A stretch of DNA of 64,000 nucleotides, taken from positions 508-64,507 of the forward strand of contig CANJJS010000013.1 in assembly GCA_947474705.1 (NCBI GenBank). The letters are read 5' to 3'. Below are positions 56,653-64,000 of this stretch, piece by piece (the stretch's first letter is position 1; each line of letters starts with the position of its first letter). A program made the translations under genes and the position numbers. The notes beneath the pieces are model-generated. The model ran no database searches. It was not told where the DNA came from and was given only the letters and a program-made list of their open reading frames with translations. The stretch comes from Acetobacteraceae bacterium. Its GTDB lineage: Bacteria > Pseudomonadota > Alphaproteobacteria > Acetobacterales > Acetobacteraceae.

Positions 56653-57342
56653 ATGGCAATAAGCCAACGTTTGGGCGCGGAAGCGTTCGGCACCTTTTGG
56701 CTGACATTTGGCGGATGTGGCAGCGCGGTTCTGGCCGCCGCCTTTCCGCAACTCGGGATCGCGTTCGCGGGGGTGTCGCTGGCCTTCGGTCTGACGGTTC
56801 TGACCATGGCGTATACTGTCGGGCATATTTCCGGCGGTCACTTCAATCCGGCGGTGACCATCGGACTTTGGGCCGGCGGGAAGTTTAACGCCGCTGACAT
56901 CGTGCCTTATATCCTGGCCCAGTTGGCGGGGGCGATCGCGGCGTCGGCCGTGTTGTATCTGATCGCCAGCGGGAAGCCGGATTTCGTGACTGGCGGCTTC
57001 GCCTCGAATGGTTACGACGCGCTAAGCCCAGGGAAGTATGGGTTGGTGTCTTGCTTTTTAATGGAAGTGGTGACGACGTTCTTCTTCCTGATCATTATTC
57101 TCGGCAGCACGTCCGCACGCGCGCCCGCCGGGTTCGCGCCGATCGCGATCGGTCTGGGCCTGACGCTGATTCATCTGATCTCCATTCCCGTGACCAACAC
57201 ATCGGTGAACCCGGCGCGGAGCACCGGCCCCGCGTTGTTCGCCGGCGGGGCCTATATCGGTCAGCTCTGGCTGTTCTGGCTGGCGCCGATGATTGGCGCC
57301 GCGCTGGCGGGTGTGACCTCGCGGTGGTTGCAGGAAGACTAA
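56653..57342 (+). CDS. aqpZ: Aquaporin Z
   Basis: Two NPA boxes ([16 protein letters not shown]). [16 protein letters not shown]-terminus. 229 aa. Confidence 0.95.
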   Translation: MAISQRLGAEAFGTFWLTFGGCGSAVLAAAFPQLGIAFAGVSLAFGLTVLTMAYTVGHISGGHFNPAVTIGLWAGGKFNAADIVPYILAQLAGAIAASAVLYLIASGKPDFVTGGFASNGYDALSPGKYGLVSCFLMEVVTTFFFLIIILGSTSARAPAGFAPIAIGLGLTLIHLISIPVTNTSVNPARSTGPALFAGGAYIGQLWLFWLAPMIGAALAGVTSRWLQED

Positions 57343-57361
57343 GCCATGGGCGGCGCGGACC

Positions 57362-58942
57362 TCAGGGGCCGCGCCGCCGCATTTTCCAGAATACGTGCAA
57401 TCCGTTCACGATCATCCCGGTCAGATCCGCCCGCAGCGCTGTCGGCGGCGAGTATTGCCCCAAAAACAACTGCGGCGCCCCATCCAGTACGCGGCGTTGC
57501 ATTTCTTCCGCCAGAACCTTGCGTTTCGCCGGGTCCGGTTCGGCTTCGAACTTCGCGACCAGGCCCGGCATCTCCGGATCGCAGTTCCAGCCGGGGTAGC
57601 TGCCGCCGCAGGAGTACGACGTCGTGTAATGCGACAGCGGATTGATCATGTCGTAGCCGCTCCAGACCACCGGCATCAGGTTCCAGCCGCCCTGATCGAT
57701 CGGGTCCTTTTTCAGCCGCCGCTGTGCCTGGAAACTGTAATCGGCGGACATGACGTCCAGGTTCAGCCCGGCGCGCTTCAGTTGCTCGATGACGACCAGG
57801 GAGATCGGGTTGATCTGCGCGGAGTCGGTGGAGTGAAGCAGCACGATCCGTTCGCCTTTGTAACCGGCTTCCTGGAACAGGCGGCGGGCTTCCTCGGCGT
57901 TGGGCCGGCGCAAACGTTCCGTCCCGACATCGGTCGCGTAGGGGCCGCCGCACAGGAAGATCGACTGGCAGAACGGCAGATACATGTCGGGGGGCAGGCC
58001 GGTGCCCGCCATGATCTCGGCCTGATCCAGCGCCATCTGCATGGCGCGGCGCATGCGGACATCGTTGAAGGGCGGGATGAGATTGTTCACCGAGAGCCCG
58101 CCGGTGACCTGCGCCAGAGCGGGCAGGGTGGCCAGCACGATGTTTTTATCTTTCCGCAACAAATCGACGAAATCGAAGGGTAACACTTCCACGTAATCGA
58201 TCTCCCCCTTGCGCAGCGCGGCCACCTTGGTCGCGGGGTCGGGCATGGAGACGAATTCCACGATATCGAAATGCGCGACTTTCCCACCGGCCATGCCATC
58301 GGCTGGCTCGGGGCGCGGCTTATAGGCCGCGTTGCGATGGAAGATCGCCCGATCGCCCGGCCGCCACTCCGACTTCCGGAACGAGAAGGGGCCGGACCCG
58401 ATCGTTTCGGTCACCGGCGTCCCGATCGGCGTCGCGGCGACGCGGGCGGGCATCACGATCGGAATATTGGCGTTGGGTTTGCCGATCGCCTCGACCACGA
58501 AGGCGTAGGGCCGGCTGAGTTCCAGCGCGAAGCTCCGATCGTCGAGGACGCGGATATCCTTCACCGCCGTCATCATGCGTTTGCCGAACGCGTCGCTTTT
58601 GGCCCAGCGCCGCAGCGAGGCGATGCAGTCCTCGGGGGTTACCGGCGCGCCGTCGTGCCAAACGAGGCCTGGCCGCAGCGTCATGGTCCAGGTCAGCCGG
58701 TCGTCGCTGGCTTTCCAGGACTCCAGCATTTGCGGATGAAACACGCCTTTCGAATCCATCGAGATCAGCGTGTCGTAAACCATGTAACCAAACGCCCGGG
58801 TCACGGTCGCCGTGGTGATATGGGGATCCAGCACCTGCAATTCGATGTTCATCGACGCCCGCAGCCGCCGTTCCTGCCCCCATGCGGGCGAAAAGACGGC
58901 GAGCAGACACGCCAGACCGGCCAGACCAAGTGAAAAACGCAT
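57362..58942 (-). CDS. ABC transporter substrate-binding protein, family 5 (peptide/nickel type)
   Basis: Signal peptide MRFSLGLAGLACLLAVFSPAWG. 526 aa. WHDGAPVTPEDCIASL is typical of SBP_bac_5. Confidence 0.85.
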   Translation of the reverse strand: MRFSLGLAGLACLLAVFSPAWGQERRLRASMNIELQVLDPHITTATVTRAFGYMVYDTLISMDSKGVFHPQMLESWKASDDRLTWTMTLRPGLVWHDGAPVTPEDCIASLRRWAKSDAFGKRMMTAVKDIRVLDDRSFALELSRPYAFVVEAIGKPNANIPIVMPARVAATPIGTPVTETIGSGPFSFRKSEWRPGDRAIFHRNAAYKPRPEPADGMAGGKVAHFDIVEFVSMPDPATKVAALRKGEIDYVEVLPFDFVDLLRKDKNIVLATLPALAQVTGGLSVNNLIPPFNDVRMRRAMQMALDQAEIMAGTGLPPDMYLPFCQSIFLCGGPYATDVGTERLRRPNAEEARRLFQEAGYKGERIVLLHSTDSAQINPISLVVIEQLKRAGLNLDVMSADYSFQAQRRLKKDPIDQGGWNLMPVVWSGYDMINPLSHYTTSYSCGGSYPGWNCDPEMPGLVAKFEAEPDPAKRKVLAEEMQRRVLDGAPQLFLGQYSPPTALRADLTGMIVNGLHVFWKMRRRGP

Positions 58943-59169
58943 TTCGCGCCCCTTTCGACGGTGAATGCCCGAACGTCCTCGGCCGCGTGACGGTTCCGTG
59001 CGTTGGGGCGGCGACCGCCTCCTCCCAGACCTGTATCGACGTCCAGGAAGGGGGCGCGAGTCAATGGGGCGTTGAATCGGCGGCCCAAACGAACGGCCCC
59101 TGGCCCGGGCTCTCCGCGGCGTGCCGGGCGCGGCACGGCGTCTCCGCGCCCGGCACGCCGCGGAGACAC

Positions 59170-59190
59170 AAAAAACGGCCTGTTCAGGCC
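59170..59190 (-). terminator. Weak intrinsic terminator after the dapD-dapE-membrane protein operon
   Basis: On the minus strand, 4 nt after the stop: GGCC-TGAACA-GGCC then GTTTTTT. The stem is only 4 bp. Confidence 0.4.
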
Positions 59191-59194
59191 CCCG

Positions 59195-59773
59195 CTACGA
59201 TCGCGTCAACGTCGCGAGCATGGCCGGCACGAAAATCAACGCCATCGTGCCCAGATTGACCGCCACCACGAAAATCGCCGCCCGAAGGCGGCTGAGCGCG
59301 AGGCCGTGCCGCGCGAGGAACCAGTTCATCCACAAGGCGTATCCCGCCAACCCGAGGATGACGATCTTGAATATCCCGCCACCACCGCCACCGCCCGCTA
59401 CCCGTGCCACGGTCAGTGCCAGCACCAGCGCGAATCCCACTACCGGCAGCAGCCATTGGCACCAGTTGAACGCGACGATGTACCGATACCAAAAGGCGTC
59501 CCGGCCCCACAGGCGCGCGAGTTCGAACGACAGTACCGACGGCGCCAGCAGGACGCACAATGTTCCCGGGATTTCCCCCGCCGCCCGTCCGGCGTCGCCT
59601 TCCGACAGCCCGGCGAGAACCGCCGCCGCCAGGATGCCCATGCCCGGCGCCAGGCTGGCGAGGAAGGCTTGCGGGGTGTCCCGGAAACAGTTCAACCCCT
59701 CGGCCCGCCCGCGCGCGATCAGCAGCATGCCCCGCGCGACGAGGGAGCGCGGGGCCCGCGCCGGATCGCTCAT
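59195..59773 (-). CDS. Hypothetical polytopic membrane protein
   Basis: 192 aa with 4-5 hydrophobic helices. ATGA overlap with the dapE stop. Confidence 0.6.
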   Translation of the reverse strand: MSDPARAPRSLVARGMLLIARGRAEGLNCFRDTPQAFLASLAPGMGILAAAVLAGLSEGDAGRAAGEIPGTLCVLLAPSVLSFELARLWGRDAFWYRYIVAFNWCQWLLPVVGFALVLALTVARVAGGGGGGGIFKIVILGLAGYALWMNWFLARHGLALSRLRAAIFVVAVNLGTMALIFVPAMLATLTRS

Positions 59774-60897
59774 TTAAGAAACGCCGCGACCACGTAATGA
59801 TAGATGCGAGCGAGGTCGCGCATCTCGGCCACGGGGACTCGTTCGTCGGTTTGGTGCATGGTCGCGCCGACCAGGCCGAATTCCGCCACCGGGCAGTAAT
59901 TGGCGATGAAGCGCGCGTCCGATGTGCCGCCGCCGGTGTCCAGTTTCGGTTCGACTCCCGTCGCGCCGATAATGGCGTTCCGCAGAATATCGACCATCGG
60001 GCCCGGTTTGGTGACAAAGGACTCACCGGAAATGGAGGCTTCGACGTCGAAACGGTCGGCGTAGCGGGCGAGCGTGGCCTTAACCCAGGCGATCAACGAC
60101 GCGCCGGTGTGCTTGTCGTTGAAGCGGATGTTCAGCATCGCGCGCGCCGAGGGTGGGATGACGTTGGTCGCGGTGTTGCCGACATCGAGGCTGGTGACGC
60201 CCAGCGTGGAGGGCTCGAACCATTCCGTTCCGGCATCGATGGGCGCGGCGGTCAAAGCCTGCATCGCGGAAATCAGGCGGTGGACCGGATTGTCGGCGCG
60301 TTGCGGGTAGGCGACGTGGCCCTGGGTGCCGTGGACCTCGATCTTAAAGTTCACGCTGCCGCGGCGGCCGATTTTCACCATGTCGCCGAGTTTGACCGGG
60401 CAGGTCGGTTCGCCGACGAGGCAAAAATCCGGTATTTCGCCGCGTTCCTTCATCCATTCCAGCACTTTGACGGTGCCGTCGACGGCGGGACCCTCTTCGT
60501 CGCCGGTGATCAGAAAACTGATCGAGCCCTTGGGCGGGCCGCTTTCAAGATGCTTCGCCACACCGGCCACGAAGGCGGCGATCGCGCCTTTCATGTCGCA
60601 GGCGCCGCGTCCGTACAGCACGCCGTCGCGGACCTCGCCCCCGAAGGGATTGTCGCGCCAGTTGACCTGCCCGACCGGCACGACATCCGTATGGCCCGCG
60701 AAGCAGAAATGCGGGCCTTCGGTGCCGAGCCGGGCGTAGATGTTCTCGATCTCGCCGAAGCGCAGACGGTGGACGGTGAAGCCAAGGCGGCTCAGCGCCT
60801 TGGCCAGCACATCTTGCGAACCACCGTCCGCGGGCGTGACCGAGTTACACCGGATCAGCGCCTGCGCCAGTGGCAGCGGGTCGAACAGGTCGCTCAA
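59770..60897 (-). CDS. dapE: Succinyl-diaminopimelate desuccinylase
   Basis: M20 peptidase motifs [26 protein letters not shown]. Proposed TTG start ([15 protein letters not shown]) overlaps the dapD stop as TTGA. The track ORF is extended to 61302. Confidence 0.9.
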   Translation of the reverse strand: MSDLFDPLPLAQALIRCNSVTPADGGSQDVLAKALSRLGFTVHRLRFGEIENIYARLGTEGPHFCFAGHTDVVPVGQVNWRDNPFGGEVRDGVLYGRGACDMKGAIAAFVAGVAKHLESGPPKGSISFLITGDEEGPAVDGTVKVLEWMKERGEIPDFCLVGEPTCPVKLGDMVKIGRRGSVNFKIEVHGTQGHVAYPQRADNPVHRLISAMQALTAAPIDAGTEWFEPSTLGVTSLDVGNTATNVIPPSARAMLNIRFNDKHTGASLIAWVKATLARYADRFDVEASISGESFVTKPGPMVDILRNAIIGATGVEPKLDTGGGTSDARFIANYCPVAEFGLVGATMHQTDERVPVAEMRDLARIYHYVVAAFLK

Positions 60898-61733
60898 TCG
60901 CGCAGCAGTTCGTTGATGGAAGTTTTCGCGCGGGTTTGCGCGTCGACGATCTTCACGATGACGGCGCAATACAGCGACGGGCCCGGCGACCCGTCGGGCA
61001 GCGGTTTGCCGGGAAGCGAACCGGGCACGACGACGGAATAGGACGGGACGCGGCCCATGAAGATTTCCCCGGTCGCGCGGTCGATGACCTTGGTGGACGC
61101 GCCGATGAACACGCCCATCGACAGCACCGCGCCCTGTTCGATAATGACGCCTTCCGCGACTTCGGAGCGTGCACCGATGAAGCAATCGTCCTCGATGATG
61201 ACCGGATTGGCCTGCAACGGTTCCAGCACGCCGCCGATGCCGACGCCGCCGGACAAATGGCAGTTGGCGCCGATCTGCGCGCAGGAGCCAACCGTCGCCC
61301 ATGTATCGACCATGGTGTTACGGCCGACATAGGCGCCAAGGTTGACGAAGCTGGGCATCAGCACCGCGCCGGGGGCGATGAAGGCGGATTTGCGCACGAC
61401 GGCACCGGGCACGGCGCGGAAACCGGCTTCCTTGAAGCGGTTTTCGCCCCAGCCCTCGAATTTCATGGGGACCTTGTCCCACACCGGCGCGCCGCCGGGC
61501 CCTTCCATCGGCTGAGAATCGGTCAGGCGGAAGGACATCAGAACGGCTTTCTTCGCCCACTGATTGACGTTCCACGCGCCATCGATCTTCTCGGCGACCC
61601 GGACGGTGCCGTTGTCCATGGCTTCCAGCGCGGCCTCGACCGCGTCGCGGGCCTCGCCTTTGGTGGAGGAGGTCAGGCTGTCGCGCAGCTCCCAAAGGTC
61701 TTCGATGGGCTTTTGCAATTGATGTTCGGCCAT
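60894..61733 (-). CDS. dapD: 2,3,4,5-tetrahydropyridine-2,6-dicarboxylate N-succinyltransferase
   Basis: Internal ATG ([15 protein letters not shown]). Hexapeptide repeats ([40 protein letters not shown]). Confidence 0.95.
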   Translation of the reverse strand: MAEHQLQKPIEDLWELRDSLTSSTKGEARDAVEAALEAMDNGTVRVAEKIDGAWNVNQWAKKAVLMSFRLTDSQPMEGPGGAPVWDKVPMKFEGWGENRFKEAGFRAVPGAVVRKSAFIAPGAVLMPSFVNLGAYVGRNTMVDTWATVGSCAQIGANCHLSGGVGIGGVLEPLQANPVIIEDDCFIGARSEVAEGVIIEQGAVLSMGVFIGASTKVIDRATGEIFMGRVPSYSVVVPGSLPGKPLPDGSPGPSLYCAVIVKIVDAQTRAKTSINELLRD

Positions 61734-61860
61734 GGCGGCGGCATTCCCTGTCTCGGTTCGGCGGCGGAAATTGAGCGGGCGGCGGGGGGATGTCAACGTT
61801 GGGGCAAGGGGCTGGGGCTCGCGTTCCGCCGGTTCGCCCGGCGCATGAGCGCCCGCCTCT

Positions 61861-63576
61861 ATGTGCGCCCCTCTTGGTACGCCCCTCTTGCGCGCGCGCC
61901 TTGGCCGCGCCACCTTTCCGCCGTGCCCGGTGAAGACGGGACGACAGATCCTGCGGAAAGCCGTGGCCAGGGAGGACAACCCATGGCGGCTTTCACGCGT
62001 CCTCGTTTGTCTTGGATTCACGATATGGCTGGCGGCCGCGGGCACCGCGCTCGCGCAAAAGCAGGGCGGCGTCCTGCGCCAGCACATCCCCGATAACCCG
62101 GCCAGCCTTTCCATCCACGAGGAAAGCACCGTCACCGGCGAGCGGCCGGCGATGCCGATTTTCAACAATCTGGTGCTTTTCGACCAAAGCGTTGCCCGTA
62201 ACAGCATGGCGTCGATCGTTCCCGACCTCGCGGAAACATGGTCGTGGAACGAGGACGGCACAAAGCTGACCTTCCGGCTGCGCCAGGGCGTGAAATGGCA
62301 CGATGGCAAACCTTTCACCTCCGCCGACGTCAAATGCACCTGGGATATGTTGCGCGGCCTGGGCGCGGAGAAACTCCGGATCAACCCCAGGCGGTCCTGG
62401 TACGACAATCTGGTGGAGGTGACCGTACCTGGCCCGTACGAAGCCGTCTTCGTCCTGAAACGGCGGCAACCCGCCTTCCTGGCGCTGCTGGCGACCGGCA
62501 TGTCGCCGGTTTACCCCTGCCACGTCTCGCCCGCCGCGATGCGCCAGCAACCGGTCGGCACCGGCCCGTTCAAATTCGCCGAGTTCAAACCCAACGAATC
62601 CATCAAACTCGTGCGCAATCCCGACTACTGGAAGCCCGGCCGTCCCTATCTCGACGGCATCGAATACGAACTCTCGCGCAGCCGTTCCACCGCGATCCTG
62701 GCCTTCATCGCCGGGAAATACGACCTGACCTTCGCCGGCGTGCTGACCGTCCCGCTGACCCGGGATCTCCAAAAACAACGCCCCGACGCGATCTGCGAGC
62801 TACCGCCGGGCAGCGTCAGCACCAACCTGATCGTCAACCGGCTGCGCCCGCCCTTCGATAATCCAGAGATCAGGAAAGCGATGGCGCTGGTCCTCGACCG
62901 CCGCGCTTTCGTCGAAATCCTGTCGGAAGGGCAGGGCAACCTCGCCATCGCGATGCAGCCCATGCCCGGCGGGCTGTGGGGCACGCCGCCGGAGATGCTG
63001 TCGAAAATGCCGGGTTACGGCACCGACATCGCCGAACGTCAGGCGAAAGCCGTGGAGATCATGAAAAGCCTCGGCTACGGACCGGGCAAACGCCTGGCCG
63101 TCAAGGTGTCGACGCGCGACGTGCCGCCCTATCGCGACCCCGCCATCATCCTGATCGACCAACTGAAGACGATCTTCATCGACGGCGAGCTGGAAGTCCT
63201 CGACACCACCCAATGGTTCCCGAAAGTTCTGCGAAAAGATTATTCGGTCGCCCTGAACCTGACGGGCACCTTCGTCGACGATCCGGACGCGGTGTTGTAC
63301 GAAAATTTCTCTTGCGGCGGCCAGGGAAATTACAACGCCTATTGCGACAAGGACATCGAGGCTTTGATCGACCGGCAATCGATGGAACGCGATCAGGACA
63401 AACGCCGCGAAATCGTCTGGGAAATCGAACGCCGGCTGCTCGCGGACGACGCCAAACCCCTGATCCAGTTCAACCGCGCCGGCGTGTGCTGGGATCCCGC
63501 CGTAAAGGGTCTGACAGTCAACACCAACAGCATCTACAACGGCTGGCGGATGGAGGACGTCTGGCTGAACCGCTGA
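61861..63576 (+). CDS. ABC transporter substrate-binding protein, family 5
   Basis: Signal peptide [25 protein letters not shown] begins ~40 aa after the ATG at 61861. The true start may be GTG at 61930 or 61963. [16 protein letters not shown] is typical of SBP_bac_5. Confidence 0.85.
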   Translation: MCAPLGTPLLRARLGRATFPPCPVKTGRQILRKAVAREDNPWRLSRVLVCLGFTIWLAAAGTALAQKQGGVLRQHIPDNPASLSIHEESTVTGERPAMPIFNNLVLFDQSVARNSMASIVPDLAETWSWNEDGTKLTFRLRQGVKWHDGKPFTSADVKCTWDMLRGLGAEKLRINPRRSWYDNLVEVTVPGPYEAVFVLKRRQPAFLALLATGMSPVYPCHVSPAAMRQQPVGTGPFKFAEFKPNESIKLVRNPDYWKPGRPYLDGIEYELSRSRSTAILAFIAGKYDLTFAGVLTVPLTRDLQKQRPDAICELPPGSVSTNLIVNRLRPPFDNPEIRKAMALVLDRRAFVEILSEGQGNLAIAMQPMPGGLWGTPPEMLSKMPGYGTDIAERQAKAVEIMKSLGYGPGKRLAVKVSTRDVPPYRDPAIILIDQLKTIFIDGELEVLDTTQWFPKVLRKDYSVALNLTGTFVDDPDAVLYENFSCGGQGNYNAYCDKDIEALIDRQSMERDQDKRREIVWEIERRLLADDAKPLIQFNRAGVCWDPAVKGLTVNTNSIYNGWRMEDVWLNR

Positions 63577-63597
63577 CGAGAGGGCGGAGGATATGGA

Positions 63598-63720
63598 TGG
63601 CCCGGGGCTTTGCCCCGGACCCCACGGGGGCGCTGCCCCTGCGAAGGCGGGGGGGGGCCGCCCTGGTGGGGTTCGAAGGGGCAACGCCCCTCGCGGGGTT
63701 TGGGCGGAGCCCCAACGCGT
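63598..63720. repeat. Cluster of four REP-like family-1 hairpins
   Basis: CCGGGGCTTTGCCCCGG (63602-63618), GGGGCGCTGCCCC (63627-63639), GGGGCAACGCCCC (63678-63690) and GGGCGGAGCCC(C) (63701-63713), plus a G9 run at 63649-63657. The cluster lies between convergent genes. Confidence 0.6.
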
Positions 63721-63746
63721 CCATTTCTCCGCCCTTTCGCCAACCG

Positions 63747-64000
63747 TCACCCCACCAGCGGCAGTACCTCCTCCGTCAACCGCCGCAACTGCGCCATCGC
63801 GTCCCCGTTCGTCGCCAGCCGGAACGTGAACCCCTGGCACCCCGAGCCCGCGAACCGCCGGATCCAGGCGGCGCAGGTGGCGGGTGTGCCGATGGGCCCC
63901 CAGGCATGCAGCCGCTCCGGCGTGTAATCGGCGCCATAGTAACGGTCGAGATATGTCTTCGCGTCCGCCACCGCCGCCGCCGGATCGTCCTGGATGTTCA
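63747..64000 (-). CDS. LLM class oxidoreductase, C-terminal part (5' end outside the window)
   Basis: The frame stays open to the window edge beyond the track's internal ATG at 63971. The C-terminal pattern (GPIGTPATCAAWIRRFAGSGCQGFTFRL) resembles LLM C-termini. Confidence 0.55.
   Translation of the reverse strand, partial: NIQDDPAAAVADAKTYLDRYYGADYTPERLHAWGPIGTPATCAAWIRRFAGSGCQGFTFRLATNGDAMAQLRRLTEEVLPLVG

Noticed and set aside
56607-56655. Possible SD-sequestering hairpin or RNA thermometer in the aqpZ leader (TTCTCCTCC ... GGAGG ... GGAGGG-N7-ATG)
   Set aside because: Only a 5-bp CCTCC/GGAGG stem can be drawn, and it pairs with an upstream GGAGG rather than necessarily with the real SD. 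That is too weak to call without folding energetics or conservation.
61969-61985. Strong SD-like GGGAGGA followed 6 nt later by an ATG (61983) inside the 5' part of the family-5 SBP gene, which could suggest a frameshifted pseudogene
   Set aside because: That ATG is out of frame. Its frame gives an Arg-rich 37-aa peptide ending at 62096. The SBP frame encodes a good signal peptide ([25 protein letters not shown]) across the same bases. A GTG start (61930 or 61963) or the ATG at 61861 is more likely. A sequencing indel cannot be excluded without reads.
1-64000. Looked for tRNA/rRNA genes, CRISPR arrays, IS elements or transposases, integrases, prophage, toxin-antitoxin pairs and known defence-system genes
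   Set aside because: I saw no cloverleaf-type GTTCGAATC arms, no regularly spaced direct repeats beyond the 12-nt murF repeat and REP hairpins, and no recombinase or nuclease-ATPase defence-like ORFs. The absence rests on visual reading only. tRNAscan-SE, cmscan, ISEScan and DefenseFinder would be decisive.

Overview
This is a 64-kb high-GC chromosomal segment with alphaproteobacterial hallmarks. These are a GAAC-N7-GAAC SOS box between divergent ssb and uvrA, fliX divergent from flgI, an FtsZ with a long linker ending in [10 protein letters not shown], and a DksA that keeps only the first zinc-finger Cys. By eye it resembles Rhodospirillales/Acetobacteraceae, but that cannot be proven from the sequence alone.

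Core content:
- A complete dcw cluster: mraZ-rsmH-ftsL-ftsI-murE-murF-mraY-murD-ftsW-murG-murC-murB-ddl-ftsQ-ftsA-ftsZ (32.4-52.1 kb), preceded by a type-A RNase P RNA.
- ssb/uvrA.
- A flagellar P-ring operon (flgI, a rod-binding protein, a small FlbY/FlgN-like protein) with divergent fliX.
- dksA, fdhD-fdsD, aqpZ and dapD-dapE.

Accessory-looking content:
- A partial Rieske/ferric-reductase membrane operon.
- An AroQ-like gene coupled to a 1131-aa fused flavo/FeS oxidoreductase and a GNAT.
- Four alpha/beta-hydrolase-fold genes.
- A molybdenum-cofactor maturation cluster (CoxE-like VWA, split XdhC, MocA fusion).
- A stand-alone LamG + SASA-esterase-like protein.
- Four clustered luciferase-like (LLM) oxidoreductases, plus a fifth at the right edge.
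- Three orphan ABC solute-binding proteins.

Two families of short GC-rich hairpin repeats (REP-like) populate the 3' intergenic regions. I recognised no tRNA, rRNA, CRISPR array, transposase, integrase, prophage or known defence genes.

I found no clear-cut novel system. The best candidates for follow-up are:
- four 10-bp-phased TGGGN repeats upstream of mraZ;
- the AroQ-like/fused NfnB-NfnA-like/GNAT operon;
- the in-frame 12-nt tandem repeat that extends MurF to the mraY start;
- the orphan LamG-esterase gene;
- the Rieske membrane operon.

All motif matches were made by eye, without searches. The many long antisense or 5'-extended ORFs in the track are high-GC artefacts.
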